This document shows, piece by piece, positions 49,316 through 58,631 of a DNA stretch of 64,000 nucleotides; position 1 is the stretch's first letter; the number at the start of each line of letters is the position of its first letter. The position numbers and the translations under genes are program-made. The DNA lies in NCBI GenBank assembly GCA_963664875.1, contig OY761611.1, positions 2,624,001 through 2,688,000 of the forward strand, in the 5' to 3' direction. Source of the stretch: Candidatus Kapaibacterium sp. (GTDB lineage Bacteria > Bacteroidota > Ignavibacteria > Kapaibacteriales > UBA2268). Under the pieces are notes generated by a model. That model saw only the letters and a program-made list of their open reading frames with translations. It had not been told where the DNA came from and did not search any database.

Positions 49316-49349
49316 AAAGTCGTTGTATTCGATAGGATGCAACGGCTTT
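49316..49349 (+). terminator. Internal hairpin (weak terminator or mRNA stabiliser) after the small gene
   Basis: AAAGTCGTTGTATTC-GATA-GGATGCAACGGCTTT with G-U pairs and a short T tail. Confidence 0.6.
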
Positions 49350-49373
49350 AACAAAATACAATAGGAAGTAAAT

Positions 49374-50576
49374 ATGAAAATAGTGCTGTCTTTAGTAATT
49401 TTATTCTTGTGGAGTTGTACCTACGAAATGAACTCAGGGGGATACGATAAAATCTTACTACAAGAAACTGAGACTATAATTTTAGCAAATACCAATAATG
49501 CTGTAATTAGTGATGATGGGAGGTATTTGTTTGTTTGTGATTCTAAATCTAATCAAATAATAAAATACGAAATAAAGACAGGGAAAATCATAAAGGTTAT
49601 ATCGCCGGACTTGAGCTTGTCTGACTCTATTTGTTTTCACTATAGAGATTACCCAAATAATTATCCCATGTTATATGTATCCTTGGAGGATATTTCTAAA
49701 ACCGATCCTGAATTGAGTATTGCGAATCATTTGAGACATCAGTTTCGCAAAGTTTATATTAGGAATCAGAAAATATTTGTTTTTGCTTTGGTATATGCTC
49801 CTGCTGTTGACAAGGAAAATTATCTTAATAAACGCATTACGAATCATGCTGTACTTTTAGAATACGATGAAAGCCTGAAACTGTTAGATGCAAAACCCTT
49901 TGAGAATACATTTGATACTCATGCAATGTCGTTCGATTGTGTAGAAATTGATGGAGAAATAATTGCTACTTGCAGTGATTTTGTTAGGCAATTTCAAAAT
50001 AATATTTATGATTCTCTTATAATATTGTCAAGATATTCTGGCGATGGCCAATTTGTTGATAAGCAAGTATATTTGCCCGAAGTTTATCTTAAATCTAAAG
50101 TTGGTTATCTATCGTCACAAAATGTACATCTTCTTTCGACAGGAGATGATGTGTGTTATATCTATCCTACTTATCCATATTTGAATTTCCTTAAAACACA
50201 AAAATCGATTCCTTTGAATGGAATAAGTGATTTGAATAATGTGGGTTTTGAAAAATTCAATCCCGAAATGGAAATTGATTTAGACAAATATGAAAGAGCA
50301 TTTCCGATTTCTTTAAATGGTTTGTTTTCAGACGGTAAAAATATTTATGTAAATATTTTACAATTAGTGTTTGAGAATAATGAGACTTTTCGAACAGGTA
50401 TTCTTCAAAAGTATGATTTGGAGGGTAATTTTATTGCATCTATTGAACTTGGGGACTATAAAGAAAATAAAATTAAATATATCGGCTATGCAATGAAAAA
50501 GGATTGTTTCTATCTCATAAAGATGGATAGCCAAATCGGTTGGACTTTTGAGTATGTCAATTATTTTAATGAGTAA
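49374..50576 (+). CDS. Lipoprotein, probable beta-propeller
   Basis: Lipobox LFLWSC; ISDDGRYLF, YSGDGQFV, FSDGKNIY, KYDLEGNFI blade-like motifs. Confidence 0.7.
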   Translation: MKIVLSLVILFLWSCTYEMNSGGYDKILLQETETIILANTNNAVISDDGRYLFVCDSKSNQIIKYEIKTGKIIKVISPDLSLSDSICFHYRDYPNNYPMLYVSLEDISKTDPELSIANHLRHQFRKVYIRNQKIFVFALVYAPAVDKENYLNKRITNHAVLLEYDESLKLLDAKPFENTFDTHAMSFDCVEIDGEIIATCSDFVRQFQNNIYDSLIILSRYSGDGQFVDKQVYLPEVYLKSKVGYLSSQNVHLLSTGDDVCYIYPTYPYLNFLKTQKSIPLNGISDLNNVGFEKFNPEMEIDLDKYERAFPISLNGLFSDGKNIYVNILQLVFENNETFRTGILQKYDLEGNFIASIELGDYKENKIKYIGYAMKKDCFYLIKMDSQIGWTFEYVNYFNE

Positions 50577-50581
50577 AAGCA

Positions 50582-51046
50582 ATGAATCTAAGAATTGTTC
50601 TGTTTATTTGGATTCTTGTATCTGCAATAATCTCAATTGGGGGCATTGTCCCTAATTCATTTGTAGAAATTAGGCAGCTAACGAATCTGAATACAGGTCA
50701 GAAGTTAATAGTTACGTTTCAAGAGGTTGGGGGTAATTGTGTGAAATGTTATGATGTTCCGGTTGCTTTAATAGAATCTTTAAAAGCTCGAATTGAATTA
50801 TCGAATATAAAAATTGTGGCAGCGGTCAAATGCAATAGGGATATTGAGCTTAATGTTTTCAAAAAGCAATATGATTGGAATTATTATATTTATGCAGATA
50901 AAAAAAATCTTGCTAAACAGCTTGGAGTCAAACCTATCTCCGGTCTTGCTGTTTTTGATTATTCAGGTAAGTTACTCTTAGAATTAGAAGCTAAAAAGGG
51001 AGTTTTTGCAGAAGATATAGATAAACTTGAAAATGTACTGAAATAA
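50582..51046 (+). CDS. Thioredoxin-fold (redoxin-like) protein with N-terminal anchor
   Basis: CVKC motif, YIYADKKNLAKQLGV, VFDYSGK. Confidence 0.7.
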   Translation: MNLRIVLFIWILVSAIISIGGIVPNSFVEIRQLTNLNTGQKLIVTFQEVGGNCVKCYDVPVALIESLKARIELSNIKIVAAVKCNRDIELNVFKKQYDWNYYIYADKKNLAKQLGVKPISGLAVFDYSGKLLLELEAKKGVFAEDIDKLENVLK

Positions 51047-51049
51047 AAA

Positions 51050-51081
51050 AAGATGCAGCATGTTTGTTTTTGCTGCATCTT
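51050..51081. terminator. Bidirectional terminator
   Basis: AAGATGCAGCA ... TGCTGCATCTT between convergent genes. Confidence 0.75.
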
Positions 51082-51120
51082 CCACAATTTTTATTTACAT
51101 TTTTGCCTATAAGCTTATTT

Positions 51121-53508
51121 TTATATTCCTAATTCGAACCCTATAAATATACTTCGCTCTGCTGCAGGGAAGAAAAATCTACCTTCAGCTCCGGCTGCGT
51201 ATAGTTTGTTGAATAAATTGATGACTTGAGTGTGTACTTTGATGCTCTCTGCTCCAAGCACATCTCTGAATGTATAGGCAAGATCGAGATTGAAAACCAA
51301 AAATGCATCTAAAGTGTTATCTGTATAGTATTCTGAGCTGTTTTTCAGGTCAGTCATGATGATTTCGTTACTAGTCAGCATGTCTCCATAGTTGTCTGTT
51401 TTGGATTCGCCAAGGTATCTTCCTGCCAAATTGATATAAAAATTACTATGTTCATAGATGAAACCGAAGTTTGCCATTAAGCTCGGGAATCCTGCTATAT
51501 CATTTCCTTCTAACGAAACAGCCTTTTGGTCTTTTGAGATATAATCCCATTCCAATATTTCATTTTTTGAAAATGTAGCATTTGCAAATGGTTTTATGCT
51601 GCCCGGTATCACACCTTTTATCAGATATGATGCCTGCAATTCTAATCCGGTGTGGCGTGTTTTAGGTGCATTACCATCGACAGGGTTACCAAATATATCT
51701 AACTTCCCTGTTTTTACTAATTCATCAGAATAATCCATAAAGTATCCATTGACACTAAAGTAAAGATTTTCATTTCTATATGAATAGCCTAATTCGATGT
51801 CGAGCATCTTTTCCGGTTTTACGATTGGGTTGTCAAAATCATAATAAACTTCTTCGCCTGTCTGAACAGTTGCAAACTGAGGATGCGAACCTGAAAAAGA
51901 AGAAGAAGCATCATAGAGATTTTTCATTCGTGGTTCTCTATTGGTGTAGGCTATTGATGAAAATACAGTCTGATTCTTATCTATATTCCACGTAGCACCA
52001 ACTCGAGGATTGACAAAGAAGTAGTTTACGTCAAATATCTGACCGCCATTCCCGACTGTCTTCCCGTCTTTATCTATGTATGCAGAGTAAATACCACCGA
52101 ATTTTTCGTTGTCAATGGCATATTTATTATATACAAACTGGGCTTCGCCGCTTAGCATCAAATTATCAGTAACTTTGTACTGTTCACGGAAAAAGAAAGA
52201 CATTATATCTCTAATACCGTCGTATTCATATACTTTGTAGTTAGGATCAAAATTTTCAGGCAAATTTTCTGCGTATAGTATTTTCATCCAGTGCTCCGAG
52301 CGATGTCTTCTGATTTCAGCACCCATTGTTATCTGATGTTCGCCCTGATTCCAAACAAGTCTTGGTATCCAGCCTCCGTGTCTATTTCCTACAAAGTATC
52401 TCACAATCGGGTTGCGTGGAACTTCTGCATCGCCCAATCCGTTGTTTTCGTTAAAATTGAAATATGATGGAGAATACATCCATGTGCTCAGCTCGTCGAA
52501 TTGCCCGTCTCCGGTGTAATAGAACAATGAAGATTTAAGTGACAAATTATCTGTGATTTGCCAATCATTGAGCAACTCGTAGTGAGGCTGCGAAAAAGCT
52601 TCTACATCATTTCTGCTTCTTTCGTCTGCCCACTCTACAGCCGTACCTGTAGAATCGTAATTCCACCAGCTGTAATTTTTTATGCGTAAGTCTTCGTTGC
52701 CAATGTGTGCTTTCGGGATACCCTGATATACTAATGCATCAGTCAGAGGGCCTCCAAAAATATTGATTTGTGTTGTCAGATTTTTGTCAAATCTTGCTGC
52801 ACTTAAGAAGAAGCTGTTCAGAGTTGCCCAAGAATGATTCCTGTAGCCTTCTGAGTTTATTCGTGAAAGGCGACCGTAAAATGCATATTTCCCATCAACC
52901 AAACCCGAAGATGCTTCCATTGAAAATTTGCTGAGACTCTGCAAATTGTTTTTGGCGGCACTTCCGTATTCCTGAAAGCCAATGCCGGAATATAGTTTAA
53001 TACCTGAATTATTAACAAAATTGGAAGTAACCAGATTGATGCTGCCACCGATTGCAGCCGCACCATAATTCATCATACCTGCACCGCGCTGCACCTGTAT
53101 GTTTTCCAAATTAGATTGGATATCAGGAAAGTCAATCCAATATACATTGTGATCTTCCGGGTCGTTTTGTGGGATGCCGTTGATAAGCACCGAAATGCGT
53201 CTTTGGTCGAAGCCACGCATAGAAAGGTTAGAGTAGCCTACTCCATTGCCGGATTGCGAATAAGTGTGCACTGATGGCATAGCATTAAGAAACATAGGTA
53301 GGTCAGCCACAGTGTGTAGCATCTCAATTTCCTGACGCTTAATCTCTGAAAATGCTACAGGGCTTTTGCCTTCGACAGCTCGGGTAGAAGTAACCGTAAT
53401 GCTGGGAAGATTAACTGTCTTGATAGAGTCGCTTGTTACTTTTTGAGCGAACAGGCTCACAGAAAAGCAGCTTAGAGCCACAGCGGCAATAAACATTTTT
53501 TTTAACAT
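51121..53508 (-). CDS. TonB-dependent receptor, probably for thiamine or a precursor
   Basis: Plug motifs ITVTSTR, MRGFDQRRISVLINGIPQND, QVQRGAG..GGSINL; barrel ending FIGFELGI; TPP riboswitch upstream. Confidence 0.93.
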   Translation of the reverse strand: MLKKMFIAAVALSCFSVSLFAQKVTSDSIKTVNLPSITVTSTRAVEGKSPVAFSEIKRQEIEMLHTVADLPMFLNAMPSVHTYSQSGNGVGYSNLSMRGFDQRRISVLINGIPQNDPEDHNVYWIDFPDIQSNLENIQVQRGAGMMNYGAAAIGGSINLVTSNFVNNSGIKLYSGIGFQEYGSAAKNNLQSLSKFSMEASSGLVDGKYAFYGRLSRINSEGYRNHSWATLNSFFLSAARFDKNLTTQINIFGGPLTDALVYQGIPKAHIGNEDLRIKNYSWWNYDSTGTAVEWADERSRNDVEAFSQPHYELLNDWQITDNLSLKSSLFYYTGDGQFDELSTWMYSPSYFNFNENNGLGDAEVPRNPIVRYFVGNRHGGWIPRLVWNQGEHQITMGAEIRRHRSEHWMKILYAENLPENFDPNYKVYEYDGIRDIMSFFFREQYKVTDNLMLSGEAQFVYNKYAIDNEKFGGIYSAYIDKDGKTVGNGGQIFDVNYFFVNPRVGATWNIDKNQTVFSSIAYTNREPRMKNLYDASSSFSGSHPQFATVQTGEEVYYDFDNPIVKPEKMLDIELGYSYRNENLYFSVNGYFMDYSDELVKTGKLDIFGNPVDGNAPKTRHTGLELQASYLIKGVIPGSIKPFANATFSKNEILEWDYISKDQKAVSLEGNDIAGFPSLMANFGFIYEHSNFYINLAGRYLGESKTDNYGDMLTSNEIIMTDLKNSSEYYTDNTLDAFLVFNLDLAYTFRDVLGAESIKVHTQVINLFNKLYAAGAEGRFFFPAAERSIFIGFELGI

Positions 53509-53594
53509 GGAAAAATCCTTTTAAAAAAGTTTTACAAAAGATTTTCCAATTGGGGATATAAAGAGAGAGCGATAAGAACAATGCAAAGCAATGC

Positions 53595-53681
53595 CTTCCG
53601 TATTCCCTACGCCGGTATTATCCGGATCAGGTTCCAAGAGTGTTCTCTCAGGGACTCATTTTGCCCCACCTCCAACGGAAA
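53595..53681 (-). ncRNA. TPP riboswitch
   Basis: Minus strand TTCCGTTGGAGGTGGGG...CCCTGAGAGAACACTCTTGGAACCTGATCCGGATAATACCGGCGTAGGGAATACGGAA contains the CUGAGA, ACCUGAU, UAAU and GCGUAGGGA hallmarks. Confidence 0.93.
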
Positions 53682-54073
53682 CTTTCGCAATATACGAATT
53701 TTTTGCGGATTTATTTTGCAACATGCGATTATGCACATTTTGAAAAGTGTGTTTTAAACTGTAATACTGTACAAGTTCCCATTCTTTTATGGCAGTTAGA
53801 TATAAGTTTCGTAACAAAAGTGAGATAATCTTATCCGCCTTCTCATACAAACCGCCAGAACTTATAGACTATTTTTGCAAATCAGTAAAAATACATACAC
53901 TTCTTCTGAGTTGGCTCAATAATTGCTTGTTTATACTTAGCAGTCTGTTATTCACACTACTCATTTTTACTAATGATAATCTTAGAGAGAATGAGAATAT
54001 TTGAATTTTTATTTCTAAAAAATAGGTAGCATATTTGTATCCAATTTTTATGCTCAGGAAGATAAATACTGCA

Positions 54074-54277
54074 ATGGAAAAAAGCCTAAAAAAACATTTG
54101 ATTTGTGCTGATAGAGATTTGGATTCGTCCTATCTTGTTGATAGCTTGTGGCGTATGATAAATAACGGCAAAGAGATAGACGAATTAGAAAAAGCCTACT
54201 TCGAAGCAGTTGCTGACAGACTGAAGCATTCCGATTCTTCTTTTCAATTTAACCAACATCAAACCATACTCAAGTAA
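54074..54277 (+). CDS. Small hypothetical protein
   Basis: 67 aa from ATG 54074, directly upstream of the HAD gene; no motif recognised. Confidence 0.4.
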   Translation: MEKSLKKHLICADRDLDSSYLVDSLWRMINNGKEIDELEKAYFEAVADRLKHSDSSFQFNQHQTILK

Positions 54278-54349
54278 GTATAAATACTTTTGCTATTCCC
54301 GATTGTTTTTATTAGCTTTACATACCTGTAATATTTGACTGTAAGTTCA

Positions 54350-55033
54350 ATGAAATTAGTAATTTTTGATATAGACGGCACTTTAACCGATACTGTCAGT
54401 GTCGATGATTATTGCTATGGCATGGCTCTTTCTGACATCATGAAGCTCAATATTAGTGATCTGGACTGGCACGCTATCAAAAAAGCCGGCTCAGGCACAG
54501 ATATGGGGATGCTGCTTGCATTGTGCGAATCTATCTGCCACAGCAAGCCCAGAACTGAAGAAAAGCGATTATTCTACTATTATTTCAAAGCCTGCCTTAC
54601 TAAAATGAGCATATCCAACCCGGAAAGGTTTCTGCCTGTTAGTGGAGGTGTGTCGTTCTTCGAACATATCAAAAGTAATCCTGATTATTCTGTTGCTGTT
54701 GCCACTGGATCTTGGGACGAAACCGGTAGAATCAAACTGAAAGCTGCCGGCTACGACTTAGGCGATTTGCCTTATGCTAATTGTAGCAAATATTCCGTAA
54801 GAAAAGACATAATCAATCATGCAATCAAACTATCCGGCTTTTCAGGCGAGATGAGTGAAGTAATTTATTTCGGCGATGGTTTATGGGACAAACAAGCCAC
54901 AGAAGAGTTGGGAATTAAGTTCGTTGGGGTGGATTATCATTCTGACGGTATCTTAGAAAACAACGGAGTAGAACATATCATATCTGATTATAATGATATA
55001 GAGAGGCTATACAGTTTACTCGAAATATTATAA
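54350..55033 (+). CDS. HAD-superfamily hydrolase
   Basis: FDIDGTLT (motif I), VATG, YFGDGLWD (motif IV). Confidence 0.9.
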   Translation: MKLVIFDIDGTLTDTVSVDDYCYGMALSDIMKLNISDLDWHAIKKAGSGTDMGMLLALCESICHSKPRTEEKRLFYYYFKACLTKMSISNPERFLPVSGGVSFFEHIKSNPDYSVAVATGSWDETGRIKLKAAGYDLGDLPYANCSKYSVRKDIINHAIKLSGFSGEMSEVIYFGDGLWDKQATEELGIKFVGVDYHSDGILENNGVEHIISDYNDIERLYSLLEIL

Positions 55034-55324
55034 ATCATCTAAAGTTATTCTCAGATTCCCCTTTTTCTTTTCTCGGAGCTGCTCCCAAGCCTCACGTCTG
55101 ATATCGTCCTGCATATAAAGAGCTAAGCTGTAATCTAATCTTGTATTTAGATTGCCAAGCACCGAATACGCTTCATTTATCTCATTGAATAGAATGTTTG
55201 CGGCTTCATTGCCATGATTAATATCCGGATGGTACTTTTTTACCAGTTTCATGTAAGCATTCTTTATTTCTTCCGTAGAAGCAGTCCGTCTGATGCCCAA
55301 TATTTTGTAGTAATCTTTAATCAC
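55028..55324 (-). CDS. Small J-domain (DnaJ-like) protein
   Basis: DYYKILG...IKNAY..L..KYHPD...INEAYSVL. GTG start at 55324 inferred. Confidence 0.88.
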   Translation of the reverse strand: MIKDYYKILGIRRTASTEEIKNAYMKLVKKYHPDINHGNEAANILFNEINEAYSVLGNLNTRLDYSLALYMQDDIRREAWEQLREKKKGNLRITLDDL

Positions 55325-55414
55325 TTGCTTTTGTCTGGATTTGTTGATAACTCTGAATACTAATAGATACAAAAATAGAAATAATATTTTACTTACGGTA
55401 GTTTAGAATAATAA

Positions 55415-55446
55415 AAACCTCCTTCGGAGTATCTCAAAAGGAGGTT
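55415..55446 (-). terminator. Terminator of icd
   Basis: AACCTCCTT ... AAGGAGGTT with a T-run on the minus strand. Confidence 0.65.
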
Positions 55447-55468
55447 GTATAACTATAATTTATAATAC

Positions 55469-57694
55469 TTACATTGCATCAATTATTGCATTGTAAGTAG
55501 CACTTGGTCTCATTGCTTTAAACGCCAAATAATCATTCGGCATAAAGTAACCGTCTAAATCAACAGGTTTGCCCTGTGCAGCAAGAAGTTCCGCGTCAAT
55601 TTTTTCAGCATTTTCTGCCAAATCTTTTGCTACTGTTTCGAAGCGGGCTTTTAATTCAGCATCTTTGTCCTGAGCGGCAAGAGCTTCTGCCCAGTAAAGA
55701 GAAAGATAGAAAGAGCTGCCTCTGTTATCTATTTCGTTTACTTTTCTTGATGGGGCTTTGCCGTTTTCGAGATATTTACCTACTGCTGTGTCAAGAGTTT
55801 CAGCAAGGACAGCTGCTTTTGCGTTGCCTTGAGCTGCAATTTGCTCAAATGACGGAACCAATGCACAATATTCACCGAGAGAATCCCAGCGTAAGTGACC
55901 TTCCTTTACAAATTGCTGTACGTGCTTAGGAGCAGAACCGCCGGCACCTGTTTCATACAAGCCACCGCCATTTAGAAGCGGCACGATTGATAACATTCTT
56001 GCACTTGTGCCAAGTTCGAGGATTGGGAATAAATCAGTCAGATAATCTCTCAGCACATTACCTGTTGCAGAAATAGTATGTTCGCCTTTTCTTACTCTTT
56101 TCAAAGTATATTTCATTGCTTCTACAGGAGCAAGGATATGTATTTCCAATCCTTCTGTATCAAACTCAGGTAAGTATTTATTGATTTTTTCTATGATTTG
56201 TGCATCATGGCCTCTGTTTTCGTCTAACCAGAATACTACAGGCGAACCGGAAGCTTTAGATCTTCGCACAGCAAGACCAATCCAATCTTTGATGGCTACA
56301 TCTTTTGTTTGACAGGCACGGAAAATGTCACCTTTTTCTACAGACTGTTCTAATAGAATATTACCGTCAGTATCAACGACATTGATAAAACCTTCAGCTT
56401 CTGCTTCAAAAGTTTTATCGTGAGAGCCGTATTCTTCTGCTTTTTTCGCCATAAGACCGACGTTTGCAACGTTGCCCATAGTGGATGGATCAAACTGACC
56501 GTTTGCTTTTGCATCTTCGATTATTTCGCGGTACATAGTAGCGTAGCATCTATCCGGAACCATTGCTATACAGTCTTGCAATTCATCATTTTTATTCCAC
56601 ATTTTACCACCATCGCGAACAACGTTTGGCATAGATGCATCCACGATAACATCGTTAGGTACGTGAAGATTTGTTTTGCCAAGGCGAGAGTCAACCATTG
56701 CCAAGTCAGGCTGAGTTTCATAGACTTTATTGATGTCTGCTTCTATTTCAGCTTTTTTATCTGCAGGAAGTTTGTCTAATTTGCTAAGAACATCAGCAAG
56801 ACCAAAGTTTACATTTGCACCGATTTCTTTTAATGTATCTGCATGTTTTTCCAAAGCATCTTTGAAGAAGACGGAAACTGCATGACCAAACATAATTGGA
56901 TCAGACACTTTCATCATTGTAGCTTTTAAGTGCAAGGAGAGAAGAACACCGTCTTTTTTGGCTTCTTCGATTTGCTCAGCATAAAACTTACGCAAAGCAT
57001 TTACATTCATAACAGAAGAATCAATTACTTCATCTTTCAATAAAGGCAATTTTTCTTTTAGAATTTTTGTGCTACCGTCTTTAGCTTTGAAAACTATCTG
57101 AACATTTTTATCTGCGTCCATCGTTACTGATTTTTCGCTGCCGTAGAAGTCTTTTTCTGTCATGTGAGCTACACGGCATTTAGAACCTGCTTCAGGCCAC
57201 GGCTTCATCATGCGGTGAGGATTTTTCTGAGCAAAACGTTTAACGGAGTCAGCAGGGCGTCTGTCAGAGTTACCTTCGCGTAAAACAGGGTTAACAGCCG
57301 AACCAAGTACTTTAGCAAATCTTGCCTGCAAAGCTTTGTCTTCTTCCGTTTTTGCTTCTTCCGGGTAAAAAGGTATATCGTATCCCTTAGCTCTGAGTTC
57401 TTTAATTGTATCTTGTAGCTGAGGAATAGAAGCACTGATATTAGGTAATTTGATAATATTAGCTTCAGGAGTTTTTGCAATTTCCCCAAGCTCAGTGAGA
57501 TAATCATCGATTTTTTGTTCTTCAGTTAGTTTTTCAGGAAAGTTAGCGATAATTCTACCTGCAAGTGAAATATCTTTTACTTCAATATCAATGCCTGTAC
57601 CTTTAGTAAAGGCTTGCACCACAGGCAATAGAGCGTAAGTTGCCAAAGCAGGAGCTTCGTCAATCTTAGTCCAGATAATAGTGTTCTTAGCCAT
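55469..57694 (-). CDS. icd: Monomeric NADP-dependent isocitrate dehydrogenase
   Basis: [57 protein letters not shown]. Start MAKNT at 57694. Confidence 0.97.
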   Translation of the reverse strand: MAKNTIIWTKIDEAPALATYALLPVVQAFTKGTGIDIEVKDISLAGRIIANFPEKLTEEQKIDDYLTELGEIAKTPEANIIKLPNISASIPQLQDTIKELRAKGYDIPFYPEEAKTEEDKALQARFAKVLGSAVNPVLREGNSDRRPADSVKRFAQKNPHRMMKPWPEAGSKCRVAHMTEKDFYGSEKSVTMDADKNVQIVFKAKDGSTKILKEKLPLLKDEVIDSSVMNVNALRKFYAEQIEEAKKDGVLLSLHLKATMMKVSDPIMFGHAVSVFFKDALEKHADTLKEIGANVNFGLADVLSKLDKLPADKKAEIEADINKVYETQPDLAMVDSRLGKTNLHVPNDVIVDASMPNVVRDGGKMWNKNDELQDCIAMVPDRCYATMYREIIEDAKANGQFDPSTMGNVANVGLMAKKAEEYGSHDKTFEAEAEGFINVVDTDGNILLEQSVEKGDIFRACQTKDVAIKDWIGLAVRRSKASGSPVVFWLDENRGHDAQIIEKINKYLPEFDTEGLEIHILAPVEAMKYTLKRVRKGEHTISATGNVLRDYLTDLFPILELGTSARMLSIVPLLNGGGLYETGAGGSAPKHVQQFVKEGHLRWDSLGEYCALVPSFEQIAAQGNAKAAVLAETLDTAVGKYLENGKAPSRKVNEIDNRGSSFYLSLYWAEALAAQDKDAELKARFETVAKDLAENAEKIDAELLAAQGKPVDLDGYFMPNDYLAFKAMRPSATYNAIIDAM

Positions 57695-58300
57695 TTTAGT
57701 CCTTATATAGTAATTGCAGAAAATGAAAATCAAGTTTGTAGAGTCTCGCTCAAGCGAGTTTAATATTCACTACTTACAGACTCACAAAAGCACAATTTTG
57801 TGTTAAGTTACAAAAGAAAATTATTATAGCAAAGACAAATCGAGAATATTTTCTCGATAAGTATTGAGTATAAAGAAGTGAAAACCCTATTGAATATTGT
57901 AGGACAGCTAACAGCAAAACAAGCTCTTGTTAAGATTTAACTGTATATATAATTTTGTATTCTAAAATGATAACTTGTTAGTTTTATATCGAGCTTAAGA
58001 TGCCTCATAGTAGATATTAGTAAAAATATTTTTAAAACAGATATCTTATTTGGCATAAGAAAAATAATCAAAAACAGTTAAGTTGGAGCTTGTCTTGTCA
58101 GATGTCAAATCAGACGGGAAAATGCTGAAATAGAGGGCTTTTGGGAGCTACAGAAATATTTTTTGGAAATAAATATTTCTCTACAATAATATATTTGCAA
58201 AATTGTGTATCAAAGAAAGAAAAATGTTTTGTTTTTTTGCAGACTTATATGTTATTTTTGCAGACCTTTGTAGGGATTGTAATATTTTATGAGGTGAAGT

Positions 58301-58540
58301 ATGTTTTGGACTCCTGAGTTAGCTCAAACCCTTGAGGATGCTCCTTGGCCGGCTACTAAAGACGAGCTTATCGATTATGCAAACAGAATAGGTGCGCCAC
58401 AGCAAGTCCTTGATAATCTATTGGAGCTTGATGATGGGGATGAATTGATCGAAGGTGTGGAAGATCTTTGGCCTGAGTACGAAGATGTAATCAACGAAGA
58501 ATACTTCTATAATGACGATGAAGAAGAACAGTATTTCTAA
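58301..58540 (+). CDS. DUF2795-family small acidic protein
   Basis: MFWTPELAQTLEDAPWPATKDELIDYA..GAP..V..NL, acidic tail; GAGG RBS. Confidence 0.9.
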   Translation: MFWTPELAQTLEDAPWPATKDELIDYANRIGAPQQVLDNLLELDDGDELIEGVEDLWPEYEDVINEEYFYNDDEEEQYF

Positions 58541-58577
58541 GATACATCCATTCAAGTTTGTGTAGTAAAACTTATTC

Positions 58578-58630
58578 GAAGCGTATCAGAGCATTTGGTT
58601 TCAAATGTTCAGTTACGCTTCTTTTCTTTT
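58578..58630. terminator. Terminator between convergent genes
   Basis: GAAGCGTA..GAGCATTTG/CAAATGTTC..TACGCTTC plus T-rich tail. Confidence 0.6.
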
Positions 58631-58631
58631 G

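Noticed and set aside
53640-54004. Short ORFs around the TonB receptor leader
   Set aside because: They overlap the TPP riboswitch and promoter region and have low-complexity translations.
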